Origin: Abditibacterium sp.
Lineage (GTDB): Bacteria; Armatimonadota; Abditibacteriia; Abditibacteriales; Abditibacteriaceae
Assembly: GCA_965246885.1 (NCBI GenBank)
Contig: OZ251992.1
Span: 2,688,001-2,752,000 of the forward strand
Reading direction: 5' to 3'
DNA: 64,000 nt
Of this stretch, positions 1 through 9,013 are shown piece after piece. Every line of letters begins with the position of its first letter. Position 1 is the first letter of the stretch. Below the pieces are notes generated by a model. The model was not told the DNA's origin. It worked only from the letters and a program-made list of their open reading frames with translations, and searched no databases. Both the position numbers and the translations under genes were made by a program.

Positions 1-1
1 G

Positions 2-586
2 GCCCTCTTCATTGTGGGCCTGCTGGTCTTGGCGGCATTGGCCGCAGGCGCTTACGCGCTGTTGGGCAACAAGGGCCAATCACCCGAAACGAATGGGCCA
101 GCCCCCGCCCCTGTCATATCCCATTCGGCAAACAGCGCGGCCAACACAAGCGCCAGCGATGGAAACAGCGCGGCTTCCAATGGCGCCAGTGACGCCAACT
201 CTGCGTCTAACAACGGCGCGGCGGATTCGGGAACACCGCTCCCCAGCGCCAATGACACCAATTCTCCCAGCAACGCCAACACCGCTTCGGGTAACGCCGC
301 GACTGACAACGCCGCGACGGGTAATACGGCTACCAACAGCGCGGCGGGCGGCAATGGGGCTATGGGCAACTCCGCTTCCGGCAACGCCGCGAGCGGTAAC
401 AGCGCCGCATCAGGTATCACGTCCCACACCTCGACCGACACGGCGACGGCAAGCGGCACTCCCCAAGTCGTCGCGGAGCGTTCAAAAACCATCAAAACCG
501 GCAACGCCACCGTCACCTACGACAAGAAATTGCTGCAAAACGGCACAACCACGCACGCGGTAACGACCAACAGCGCGAGCAACTAA
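2..586 (+). CDS. Membrane-anchored low-complexity Asn/Ala/Ser/Thr-rich protein (5' end probably outside window)
   Basis: Frame open from window start; hydrophobic ALFIVGLLVLAALAAGAYALLG followed by N/A/S/G-rich repeats; terminator follows. Confidence 0.7.
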   Translation, partial: ALFIVGLLVLAALAAGAYALLGNKGQSPETNGPAPAPVISHSANSAANTSASDGNSAASNGASDANSASNNGAADSGTPLPSANDTNSPSNANTASGNAATDNAATGNTATNSAAGGNGAMGNSASGNAASGNSAASGITSHTSTDTATASGTPQVVAERSKTIKTGNATVTYDKKLLQNGTTTHAVTTNSASN

Positions 587-607
587 CGACCCGGCACGAG
601 TGCGAGG

Positions 608-648
608 AAAGGGCGAAAACGGCTGACACTTCCGTTCTCGCCCTTTTT
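608..648 (+). terminator. Intrinsic terminator
   Basis: AAAGGGCGAAAACGG-loop-CCGTTCTCGCCCTTTTT. Confidence 0.7.
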
Positions 649-712
649 AGTGGCACGCAAACCGCATTTTCGGAGCGCAACGCGCCATATCGGTTCATCA
701 GGACATATAAAC

Positions 713-2233
713 ATGAGAAAAGGACATTCTATCTTGGGCTTGCAAGTGATTTCGCAGGACAGCGCCAAATCGCTGGGCAAAGTATTGGACTTGGTATTCG
801 ACCACGACGCCGACGAGTGCATCGCACTCGTTCTCAAAGAGCGTGGCTTCTTGGGCTTAAGCTCCGCGCAAGTGGTTCCTTGGAACGAGATCGTATCCAT
901 CGGCAAAGACGCCGTGATGGTCAAAACCGAAGCTTCCGTCGTCAACCCCGCCGAACATGGGCGCCTAACTGACGTTATGGAGCGCGAAGCGCATTTATCC
1001 GGCACGCGCATCGTCACCGAAGATGGCCGTGACGTAGGCAACTTCGCCGAGATTTACATAGACGAAACGACGGGAAAAACCCTCGGTTACGAGGTTTCGG
1101 GCGGCTTTATCTCCGACACCATGAGTGGCAAGCGCTATATCCCCTCGCACCGAACCGACGACCTGCGCGTGGGCCAAGACGTCCTCTTGGCCGCGCCGTC
1201 AGTCGCCGATGAGTTCGAGCGCCAAGCCTCTGAGGAACCCGGTGGCTTGCGCGGCGCTTACTCCGATGCCAAAGACAAGGCCACCGATACTTATGGGAAC
1301 ATCGCGTCGGCTTCCATCGAGCAACAAAAAGCCTTTGTCGTGGGCAAAACGGCGGGCCGCGATGTCGCCCTGCCCGCGCCAGACACCGCCAACACTTCCG
1401 CCCTCGTTAACAACACAAGCCTCGCGCCCGCCACACACGGCGCCCTGCTCGTCGGACAAGGCCAGACTATCACTCAAGCCGTCGCCGACAGCGCCGAGCA
1501 AAGTGGCATCTTACACCAACTCTTGTTGGCAGTGGGAGCGCACACCGCTTCGGGCGCCCTCGATTCGGCCAAAACGAGCGTGTCGAACACGCTCGGTGGA
1601 CGCGCAGAAGAAGCGCAAGGTGCCCTCGGCGAGCGCGCCGTCGGCAAAACGGCGGGCACGGATGTGGACTTGCCGGACGGCTCCACCCTTGTTGCGTCGG
1701 GAATGATTATTACTCAGGGGATGCTGGAGCGCGCCAGAGCAGTAGGCAAAGAAAGCCAACTCATTGCCGCTGCCGGGCTGGGAACCGCTTCCACCACGAC
1801 GCAAGACACCCTCGCAAACGCGAAAACGACGGCGGGCGGGGTGTTTGACACGCTAAAAGAAAAGGTCGCCGAACTCACTCATAGCGCGCAGGATAAAAAA
1901 GCCCAAATGGACGACCAAGCACAGCACAACAAAATCAACCACGCCCTTGGCCGCCCCATCACCCGCATCTTGCTCGCCAAAGACGACAACGTGATCCTGA
2001 ACACCGGCGACATCATCACCCACCGCGCCATCGAAATGGCCCGCCAAAACGATGTGCTGGACGTCCTGCTTAGCGCCGTGTATGATGCCACGCCCGACAT
2101 CACCCCCGAAATGATGCGCGCTACCCAACCCGGCGTTGCGGCGTTAGGAGAGCAAGTCCAACCGAGCGGCCACCCCATCACCGCCACCGTCGCGCCCAAT
2201 ACTCCCGCCCAAGACCAACCCGGACAAGGCTAA
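713..2233 (+). CDS. PRC-barrel domain protein with C-terminal internal repeats
   Basis: Two PRC-like segments (ILGLQVIS...LGKVLDLVFD...VVPWNEIVSIGKDAVMV; LSGTRIVTEDGRDVGNFAEIYIDETTGKTLGYEVSGG); ATG at 713. Confidence 0.8.
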   Translation: MRKGHSILGLQVISQDSAKSLGKVLDLVFDHDADECIALVLKERGFLGLSSAQVVPWNEIVSIGKDAVMVKTEASVVNPAEHGRLTDVMEREAHLSGTRIVTEDGRDVGNFAEIYIDETTGKTLGYEVSGGFISDTMSGKRYIPSHRTDDLRVGQDVLLAAPSVADEFERQASEEPGGLRGAYSDAKDKATDTYGNIASASIEQQKAFVVGKTAGRDVALPAPDTANTSALVNNTSLAPATHGALLVGQGQTITQAVADSAEQSGILHQLLLAVGAHTASGALDSAKTSVSNTLGGRAEEAQGALGERAVGKTAGTDVDLPDGSTLVASGMIITQGMLERARAVGKESQLIAAAGLGTASTTTQDTLANAKTTAGGVFDTLKEKVAELTHSAQDKKAQMDDQAQHNKINHALGRPITRILLAKDDNVILNTGDIITHRAIEMARQNDVLDVLLSAVYDATPDITPEMMRATQPGVAALGEQVQPSGHPITATVAPNTPAQDQPGQG

Positions 2234-2254
2234 GCTCTCGGTGCACCAACAAAG

Positions 2255-2286
2255 AAAAAGCGCGCCTGTCACGGCGCGCTTTTTTT
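2255..2286. terminator. Bidirectional-type intrinsic terminator
   Basis: AAAAAGCGCGCC-tgtcac-GGCGCGCTTTTTTT. Confidence 0.85.
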
Positions 2287-2416
2287 GTTATTTTCCGAGT
2301 GGCCAAAACCGTTCTACATAAGGGACAGCTACGGCGAGGGCGGCGGAATACACACCGGGGCCAAGCCAAAGCGAAAGTTTCTGCCTCTTCGGGGGCAAAA
2401 GGAAAGCACACACATC

Positions 2417-2581
2417 ATGATCAAACAGTTTTTGCAAGAAGAAGAGGGCCAGACCCTCGTCGAGTATGGCCTGCTCATCTCGCTCATCGCCCTCGTCGTC
2501 ATCGGCGTCTTGACCCTCTTGGGCGCCAAGATCAAGAACACCTTCAACACCTCGGCCAACGCCATGAACACAACCACCTAA
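2417..2581 (+). CDS. flp: Flp family type IVb/Tad pilin
   Basis: MIKQFLQEEEG/QTLVEYGLLISLIALVVIG: G|QxxxEY Flp motif then hydrophobic helix; AAGGA upstream. Confidence 0.92.
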   Translation: MIKQFLQEEEGQTLVEYGLLISLIALVVIGVLTLLGAKIKNTFNTSANAMNTTT

Positions 2582-2596
2582 TTCCGCAACGGAATA

Positions 2597-2632
2597 GACA
2601 GCGACGCCTCCCGCCCTGCGGGAGGCGTTGTC
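2597..2632 (+). terminator. Stem-loop after flp
   Basis: GCGACGCCTCCCGC-cct-GCGGGAGGCGTTGTC. Confidence 0.6.
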
Positions 2633-2646
2633 GTTGGTGGAGATGC

Positions 2647-2818
2647 CATAGACGTCGGCCACGCACTGACAGACGTCGGCCATGCACTGACAGAGGGCGG
2701 CGACTTGGTGACAGACGTGCGCCGCGCGATGACAGACGTCTGCGGAAGAAAGACGGACGTCTCTCCTTAGCTCCCAGACGTCAGTGATCGCGCGGCACAC
2801 GTCTGTCACCGAGTCGCC
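2647..2818. repeat. 21-bp-period degenerate tandem array, family A (8 units, core [GA]CAGACGTC)
   Basis: Units start at 2647, 2668, 2689, 2710, 2731, 2752, 2773, 2794. Confidence 0.9.
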
Positions 2819-2842
2819 CATACACTTCCCGCCTTCACTTTC

Positions 2843-3406
2843 ATGCTTTCTTTCTTCGGCTGGCCCGCGCTCCGAGCGGCATTGCTCGGTATTGCGCTCA
2901 TTGGCGTCTCTTTGCCGCTTGTATGGGCCGCTCATTCGCATTTCGAGTTGGGGCCGCCGCCCGCGCGGGGATTATGGACATTAGGCGTGGGAATCGTGTG
3001 CATTTTCGTGGGCGCGGCGTGGATCGGCGTGTTCTTGGGAACCGGGCGCGCATCGGGCGCCGTCGCCGCGCTGTGCGGTTGGGGGTGGGGCGTCGCGCTC
3101 ACACTTTTGCTGGCGTCGTTTTATGGGCGCTTAGTCACCGCTCCTGCGCTCCGCGACGCCCAAACTTTGGCCGGACACAACCGCGACCGCATCGAAAACG
3201 CCCCCGGCGAAACCCCCGAACAAGCGCGTGCAGGCCATGCTTCCAAAGACGCCGCGCTCGCGGGCACTGACTTTTCCGACGACGCGCGCGACGCCACCAT
3301 TTCCGGCGCCGCCCGTTTGCCCGCGATGGGGCTTCTGGTGTGGGCGCTCCTTGTTCCACCGGCCCTGAGCGCTTGGGAGTTCCGCCGCGCCCGCCGCCAA
3401 AACTGA
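2843..3406 (+). CDS. Hypothetical integral membrane protein
   Basis: About four hydrophobic segments in 187 aa. Confidence 0.6.
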   Translation: MLSFFGWPALRAALLGIALIGVSLPLVWAAHSHFELGPPPARGLWTLGVGIVCIFVGAAWIGVFLGTGRASGAVAALCGWGWGVALTLLLASFYGRLVTAPALRDAQTLAGHNRDRIENAPGETPEQARAGHASKDAALAGTDFSDDARDATISGAARLPAMGLLVWALLVPPALSAWEFRRARRQN

Positions 3407-3587
3407 TGTTCCAAACACAACAAAGCCCGCCGCTTGTGCGACGGGCTTGGCTGCTCCCATATCCCTTCCCTACTTCAATCATCCAGTATTGCCGATTCTG
3501 TGCCAATGAACCTGACAAGGCGCAAATTATTTGATAAGTTTCTTTTCTAACACTTCGCACTTCCTCTGCGCAGCGTCTTCTGATGAA

Positions 3588-5261
3588 ATGAAAGGGATGC
3601 TGCTTTTCTCGCCGCTTGCGCGCTGGATTTTCCACGCGCAGTATTGGCTGCTCATACATGGCTACTTTTGGCTGGGGCTGAACTTGCCGCGCTTGTTGCG
3701 CTGGGCGGCGCTGGGTGTAGTGCCGCTCTTGTGGCTGCTGGCTCACGCGCGCGAGGTGTTTTTACTGTGGGTGTTCCCGGCGCGGGCGGGGCGCTTGGCA
3801 CGGCAGGGGCAAACCGAAAAGGCGATACGGACGCTGCGCCGCTCGGTGGATTCGTGGACTCCCCTGCTGGGCACGCGCCCACATTTCAATCTGCGCTTGT
3901 ATAAGCTGGCGCAGATGCTCGAAAACGCGCGGCGGCACGGCGAAGCGTGCGATGCGTGGGAGCGGTTGGCCAATCGGCCCGCGCTTCCGGCGGGTTTCGA
4001 GGCCGACATCCGCAAGCGGTGGGCGAACAACTTGGAGAATACGGGCGACTTCGACGGTGCCGCGCGCCAACGGGCACTGGCCGACGACCGCTTGGGGCAG
4101 ACCGAAGCCAAGGGCGGCGGGGACGATTGGTCGGTGCTTTTTGAGCGCGGCAAAGCGGCCAAGGAAGCGCACCGCTACGACGAGGCGCTCGCCCTATTGG
4201 AGCGGGCGTTGGCGGCGCCCAAACCGGGGGCACTACCCGCCAAAGTGAAGGAAGTCAACGTCGAAATTGCGTCGCGCGTCGCACTTTCGGCGCACTCGGC
4301 GGGACGCAACGAGCGCGCCGAAAGTGCCGCGCGCTGGGTGGTGGAGCAAGCGCACTCCCCGTTCTGGCGCGGGATGGGAGCGCAAACCCTCGCCCTCGCG
4401 CTGGGCACGCTCAATCGCCTGCCCGAAGCGCTGGGAGCGTCGGAGGTGGCTATTGCCTCGCTCACCGAAGCCGGACAGGAGGGGCCACTCAACGAAGCGC
4501 GTGCCCACAACGCGCTGTTGCTGGAGCAGTCCGGTCAAGTGACGGCGGCGCTCGCGCAGTGTGAAGCGGTCGCGGCGGCGGGGTCGCAAACCTCGCGCAC
4601 GGCGCTGCATGTGGCGAGCAATTGTCATCTGCTACTGGGCGACTACGCGGCGGCGCGCGAGATGTTGGAGCGGGCGCGCAGGGTGCCGCCGTTTATCACC
4701 CCTGCCGCCGAGCGGCACATGCAAGGGTTGCTGGACATGGAAGGGGCGCATATCGAAACGAGCGCGACGCGGCGGGCAAATGAAGACCGCGCAAGTGCGG
4801 CGTGGGACTTGTTGCAGCGCGCCAAGCCCGGCATTGCGGGGTTTGAGCGGATCGAGTGCTGGCACTTCGCCGCCGAAGCGGTGGTGTTGGCCCAACTGGG
4901 GCAAACCGACGCGGCGCGGGCGCGTGTTCCCGACATCGAGGCGAAACTGGCCGCTCACCCGGACGATGTGGCGACGGTGCGGGCGCTGTGGAGCCAGTTG
5001 GCGTTGCTGCACGCGGCATTGGGGGAGCATGCGGACGCGGCGAAGTGGTGGCGCATGTATGTGGAAAGCCCCACCGTTCGCCCGGTTTATCGGGCCGAGG
5101 GGTGGTATGAGTGCGGCGTCTCACTGCAGGCGTTGGGCGACGAAGCAGGGGCGCGGCGCTGCTTTGGGGAAGTGGTGGCGCTGGGCTTCGACATCGCCGC
5201 AACCAGTCGCGCAAGGGCGGCGCTGGGAGGCGACACCCCGGCGTCTACTTCCGAGAAGTAG
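3588..5261 (+). CDS. Membrane-anchored tetratricopeptide repeat protein (start uncertain: 3531/3588/3597)
   Basis: N-terminal hydrophobic segments, repeated TPR-like helices (RYDEALALLERALA, GDYAAAREMLERA, AEGWYECGVSLQALGDEAGARRCF). Confidence 0.75.
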   Translation: MKGMLLFSPLARWIFHAQYWLLIHGYFWLGLNLPRLLRWAALGVVPLLWLLAHAREVFLLWVFPARAGRLARQGQTEKAIRTLRRSVDSWTPLLGTRPHFNLRLYKLAQMLENARRHGEACDAWERLANRPALPAGFEADIRKRWANNLENTGDFDGAARQRALADDRLGQTEAKGGGDDWSVLFERGKAAKEAHRYDEALALLERALAAPKPGALPAKVKEVNVEIASRVALSAHSAGRNERAESAARWVVEQAHSPFWRGMGAQTLALALGTLNRLPEALGASEVAIASLTEAGQEGPLNEARAHNALLLEQSGQVTAALAQCEAVAAAGSQTSRTALHVASNCHLLLGDYAAAREMLERARRVPPFITPAAERHMQGLLDMEGAHIETSATRRANEDRASAAWDLLQRAKPGIAGFERIECWHFAAEAVVLAQLGQTDAARARVPDIEAKLAAHPDDVATVRALWSQLALLHAALGEHADAAKWWRMYVESPTVRPVYRAEGWYECGVSLQALGDEAGARRCFGEVVALGFDIAATSRARAALGGDTPASTSEK

Positions 5262-5306
5262 ACGCCGAAGAGGACTTAGCGGGTGCAATTGGTTAAAATT
5301 TGGGTG

Positions 5307-6080
5307 ATGATGAATCTCGCCGTTTTGGTGTTGGCCGCCGGGAAGGGCACGCGCATGGAGTCCGACCTGCCCAAAGTGCTGCACCCGCTCCGGGGACAAC
5401 CGCTCGTGGCCCATGTGCTCCGTGCCGCACTGATGCTCGAACCAGCCCGCCTCGTGTGCATCGTGGGGCACCGCGCGGAGTTAGTGGAAGCGGAAGTCCG
5501 GCGCGCGTTTCCGTCTGTTGAGTTTGTAAATCAGGGCGAGATGCTGGGCACGGGCCACGCTGTCTTGCAGGCCAAGGCCGCGCTGGGCGGTTTTGAGGGC
5601 GAGGTATTAGTGACGTGCGGCGACGCGCCGCTTTTGACGGGCGAGACGCTGTTCGATTTGGTCGAGCGCCGCCGTCAGGACGACGCCGGAGCCGCGATGC
5701 TGGTCGGGCGCTTGGATGACCCGGCGCGCTATGGCCGGGTGATAATGGGCGAGGGCGGCGAGGTGGAGAAGATAGTGGAGTGGAAGGACGCCTCTCCTGA
5801 TGAGCGCGCCGTCCAAACCGTGAACGCGGGCACGTATGTTTTTCGGTCGGGCGACCTATGGCGGCAACTGGCCCGCGTCACAAACGACAACGCGAGCGGG
5901 GAGTATTATCTGACCGACGTGATCGGTCTGCTGCGCGCCGACGGGCAGAAAGTGGTCGGGGGGTTAGTGAGCGAGCGCGAGATGACGGGGATCAACACGC
6001 GCGCGGAACTGGCACAGTTGGAAGCGCAACTCGCTGAGGAAGAGCGTTTGGCGGCGGAAAACGAGGCGGTGCCGTCATGA
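5307..6080 (+). CDS. glmU: UDP-GlcNAc pyrophosphorylase, GlmU N-terminal domain only
   Basis: LAAGKGTRMESDLPKVLH, LGTGHAV, GDAPLL, YGRV, NAGTY, GEYYLTD, GINTR; directly upstream of prs; no hexapeptide acetyltransferase domain. Confidence 0.85.
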   Translation: MMNLAVLVLAAGKGTRMESDLPKVLHPLRGQPLVAHVLRAALMLEPARLVCIVGHRAELVEAEVRRAFPSVEFVNQGEMLGTGHAVLQAKAALGGFEGEVLVTCGDAPLLTGETLFDLVERRRQDDAGAAMLVGRLDDPARYGRVIMGEGGEVEKIVEWKDASPDERAVQTVNAGTYVFRSGDLWRQLARVTNDNASGEYYLTDVIGLLRADGQKVVGGLVSEREMTGINTRAELAQLEAQLAEEERLAAENEAVPS

Positions 6081-7099
6081 GCGACCACAAGAACGAACTG
6101 CGCACCGAGCAGATACGTGGCGGCGCCTTCGCCCTCGATGGACAAACCATCAAGATTTTTGCGGGTAACGCCAACCCCAAGCTCGCGCACGATGTCGCCG
6201 ACTTGCTTGGTCTGCCGCTTGGCGAAATGATGATCACCCGCTTTGCCGATGGCGAACTGCGCTGCGCCATCAACGAGTCCATCCGGGGCGCGGACGTGTT
6301 CATCATCCAACCCACCTGCGCGCCCGTCAACGACACGCTCATGGAACTTTTGATTTTGTGCGACGCTTTCAAACGCGCTTCGGCCAACCGCATCGTTCCC
6401 ATCGTGCCCTACTTCGGCTACGCCCGCCAAGACAAAAAAGTCCGCCCGCGCGAACCCATCACCGCCAAGTTAGTCGCCAACATGATCGAGCACGCGGGCG
6501 CTGACCGCATCTTCGTCATAGACCTCCATGCCGGACAGATACAGGGGTTCTTCGACATCCCCGTTGACCACCTGCCCGGCCAACCGCTTATCGCCGACTA
6601 CCTGCGCGGCAAGGGCGTGTGCGGCAAGGGCGTCACCGTTGTCTCACCCGATGTCGGCGGCGTCGAACGCGCCACGATTTTAGCGGAAAAGCTCAGTTCC
6701 GAACTGGCCATTGTCGCCAAGCGCCGCCCCGAACCGGGGAAGGTCAAGGTCGTCGAGGTCATCGGCCAAATCGAGGGGCAAGTGTGCGTGCTCATTGACG
6801 ACATGATTGATTCGGGCGGCACCTTCGTCGCGGCAGCGCAGGAACTCGCCAGTCGCGGTGCGACGAAAATCTATGGCTGTGCCACGCACGGCGTCCTGTC
6901 GGGCGACGCCATCCGCCGCATCCGCGATTCGGAAATCGAAGAGTTAGTTATCACCGACACCATTCCCATCGCGCCCGACCGCCGTATCTCCAAGATCACC
7001 CAACTGAGCGTTGCCAAAGTGTGCGCCGAAGCCATCGTGCGCATCCATCAAAACGAGTCCGTGTCCACCATGTTCGACGCCGTCTGGTCTGGCCAGTAA
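6077..7099 (+). CDS. prs: Ribose-phosphate pyrophosphokinase
   Basis: FADGE, PYFGYARQDKK, DLHAGQIQGFF, VSPDVGG, IDDMIDSGGT. Confidence 0.97.
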   Translation: MSDHKNELRTEQIRGGAFALDGQTIKIFAGNANPKLAHDVADLLGLPLGEMMITRFADGELRCAINESIRGADVFIIQPTCAPVNDTLMELLILCDAFKRASANRIVPIVPYFGYARQDKKVRPREPITAKLVANMIEHAGADRIFVIDLHAGQIQGFFDIPVDHLPGQPLIADYLRGKGVCGKGVTVVSPDVGGVERATILAEKLSSELAIVAKRRPEPGKVKVVEVIGQIEGQVCVLIDDMIDSGGTFVAAAQELASRGATKIYGCATHGVLSGDAIRRIRDSEIEELVITDTIPIAPDRRISKITQLSVAKVCAEAIVRIHQNESVSTMFDAVWSGQ

Positions 7100-7120
7100 G
7101 AAGAAGCAGGAGAAACCGCC

Positions 7121-7537
7121 ATGAAAATCGTCCGCGCCGTCTTGGGAGTATCAGCCATTTTGTTCGTGGTCTTTGCGGTGGGCGCCGTGCGGGGCACGTT
7201 GCCGGGACGCAATTACTGGCATGCGCGCGACGTCGCGGCGAACGTCAAGACGGCGATTCCGCTTGGTTCGACGCCCGCGCAAGTGCAAACTTACCTTGAT
7301 GCGCAGGGGATGCAAGGCAGCTTTATGGATGCCCGCAACGCCGGTTTCAACTCCGACTTCTTGTTTCTGAACACTCCGGCATGGCGCAAAGCCAACGTCG
7401 GCGGCACGACTTACGCCACGCTCCCTTGGCAAACATGGGGCGTGATGGCGCAAAACGGGCTGCAAATCACTTTTGTTTTCGACAAGCGGCGCTTGTTGTC
7501 TCACATACTGATCAACCGCTCCAGCAACGGTTATTGA
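7121..7537 (+). CDS. Hypothetical exported/membrane-anchored protein
   Basis: AGGAG RBS; N-terminal hydrophobic helix. Confidence 0.65.
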   Translation: MKIVRAVLGVSAILFVVFAVGAVRGTLPGRNYWHARDVAANVKTAIPLGSTPAQVQTYLDAQGMQGSFMDARNAGFNSDFLFLNTPAWRKANVGGTTYATLPWQTWGVMAQNGLQITFVFDKRRLLSHILINRSSNGY

Positions 7538-7567
7538 AGCGCAGGGTTTCAACCCCAAGGAGCCACC

Positions 7568-8596
7568 ATGCCCCAACCCCTCGAAGCCCCTTTGCTCGCC
7601 CAACTGCGCGACGGCGATTCTTTCGCCGAAGGCGTGTGGCGCTTGTCCAACGTCGCGTATAAGCAAGGCAAAAGCGGCCCGTTCCTGACCTGCCAACTGA
7701 CGGACTCGACGGGCGTGCGGTCGGCCAAGGCGTGGAAAGTTTCGCCCCACCAAGCCGAACTTCTGGAGCAGGCGGCGTTCATCAAAGCGTGGGGCCGGGT
7801 GGACGACGCCGCGCAATACGCGGGGCAACTCATCATCGAAAAGTTTGTGCCGTTGGAAAGCGTCGAGGACACGGCGCGCTTCGAGATGCCCCTACCGGGC
7901 GACCACCGCGCGCACCAGTCCCGCTTTTTTACACTTGTCACCTCGGTGCGTCGCACCGAGTTAGCAGCGCTCCTGCGCCATCTTTTCCGCAAGGAAGCCG
8001 ACCTTTGGGCGCGCTTCCAGAACGCCCCCGCCGCCGTCGCCATGCACCACAACTATCGCGGCGGCCTCTTGGAACATTCCGGCGAGGTCGCTCTTTTGTG
8101 CGACCGGGTAGCGGGAGCGCTTCCCGGCGTTGACCGCGATTTGCTCGTCACCGCCGCCCTCCTCCACGACGTCGGCAAAGTCGAGGAGCTACTCTGCGAC
8201 TTCGATACGGGCGCCATCACCTATTCCCACGAGGGAGAACTGATTGGCCATGTGGTGCTCGGCGCTCAGATGATCGGCGCCGCCGCCGATGCCCTGCCCG
8301 ACTTTCCCTTGCGCTTGCGCACGGAACTTACGCACCTGATTTTAAGTCATCACGGCGAACCCGAATGGGGCGCCGCGCGCCGCCCGATGTGCGCCGAAGC
8401 GCTCATCCTCAGTCAGTGCGACCACCTCAGCGCCAAGTTCGCCGCCTGCAAAAGCTGCGGCGAGAGTGCCAAAGAAGCCGACTTCGCCCGCGCCCAAGGC
8501 TGGCACGGCCAGCCCAACACCCCCCAAAACCGCATCTACGTCGGACGCTTGCGCGAACTCAAGCCCGCGCCCTTGCCCACAGATGAACACGGCTGA
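7568..8596 (+). CDS. yhaM: OB-fold/HD-domain protein, YhaM-like 3'-5' exoribonuclease
   Basis: LTCQLTDSTG, PAAVAMHHNYRGGLLEHS, ALLHDVGK, LIGHV, ILSHHGEPEWG. Confidence 0.85.
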   Translation: MPQPLEAPLLAQLRDGDSFAEGVWRLSNVAYKQGKSGPFLTCQLTDSTGVRSAKAWKVSPHQAELLEQAAFIKAWGRVDDAAQYAGQLIIEKFVPLESVEDTARFEMPLPGDHRAHQSRFFTLVTSVRRTELAALLRHLFRKEADLWARFQNAPAAVAMHHNYRGGLLEHSGEVALLCDRVAGALPGVDRDLLVTAALLHDVGKVEELLCDFDTGAITYSHEGELIGHVVLGAQMIGAAADALPDFPLRLRTELTHLILSHHGEPEWGAARRPMCAEALILSQCDHLSAKFAACKSCGESAKEADFARAQGWHGQPNTPQNRIYVGRLRELKPAPLPTDEHG

Positions 8597-8614
8597 GGCG
8601 CCTACACTGCCTTC

Positions 8615-9007
8615 ATGCCCATTCACCGCGCGACGGAAGACGTTGAACTTGTTATCGGCGAGAAGCGCGTCATTGAAGCGCCCGCGCCCGACGGCCCCTT
8701 CGTCGTCGCGTTCGAGGACGACGGCGAGACCGGCTACTTTTACGCGTGCGAAAAGGGCGCGCCGACCTTTATCCAAGACGCGGTGCACATCTACAACGTC
8801 GCGCAGTCAGGGCATATGGCGCCGATGGGCCTCGACATCTTCTGGTCGAGCGACCACCACGTCGCCGCCCTGTTCATCGAGCGCGTCGCCCACGCCGTTT
8901 TCGACTTCGGCGGCAAGCGCGGCTGGTGCCGCTCCGCTTTCCCCGCTCCCGCCCCCGACTGGAACGGCCACGAGTGGGACGAGGCGTGCTTGGAGTTGTT
9001 GGTTTAA
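8615..9007 (+). CDS. DUF2251-like protein
   Basis: VAFEDDGETGYFYA...DAVHIYNV...HAVFDF...GWCRSAFP. Confidence 0.75.
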   Translation: MPIHRATEDVELVIGEKRVIEAPAPDGPFVVAFEDDGETGYFYACEKGAPTFIQDAVHIYNVAQSGHMAPMGLDIFWSSDHHVAALFIERVAHAVFDFGGKRGWCRSAFPAPAPDWNGHEWDEACLELLV

Positions 9008-9013
9008 ACCCCG

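Noticed and set aside
2290..2410. Possible c-di-GMP riboswitch upstream of flp
   Set aside because: Only loose similarity (GGCCAAAACC...GGGAC); the GNRA loop/receptor and P1 pairing could not be built by eye.
2647..2818. 21-bp arrays as CRISPR arrays
   Set aside because: Period is far too short, repeats are degenerate, spacers are ~11 nt, and there are no cas genes.
2288..2941. 217-aa minus-strand ORF with Cys-rich heptads (DVCHRAA...)
   Set aside because: It overlaps flp antisense, and the equivalent frame in the homologous 17040 array has multiple stops.
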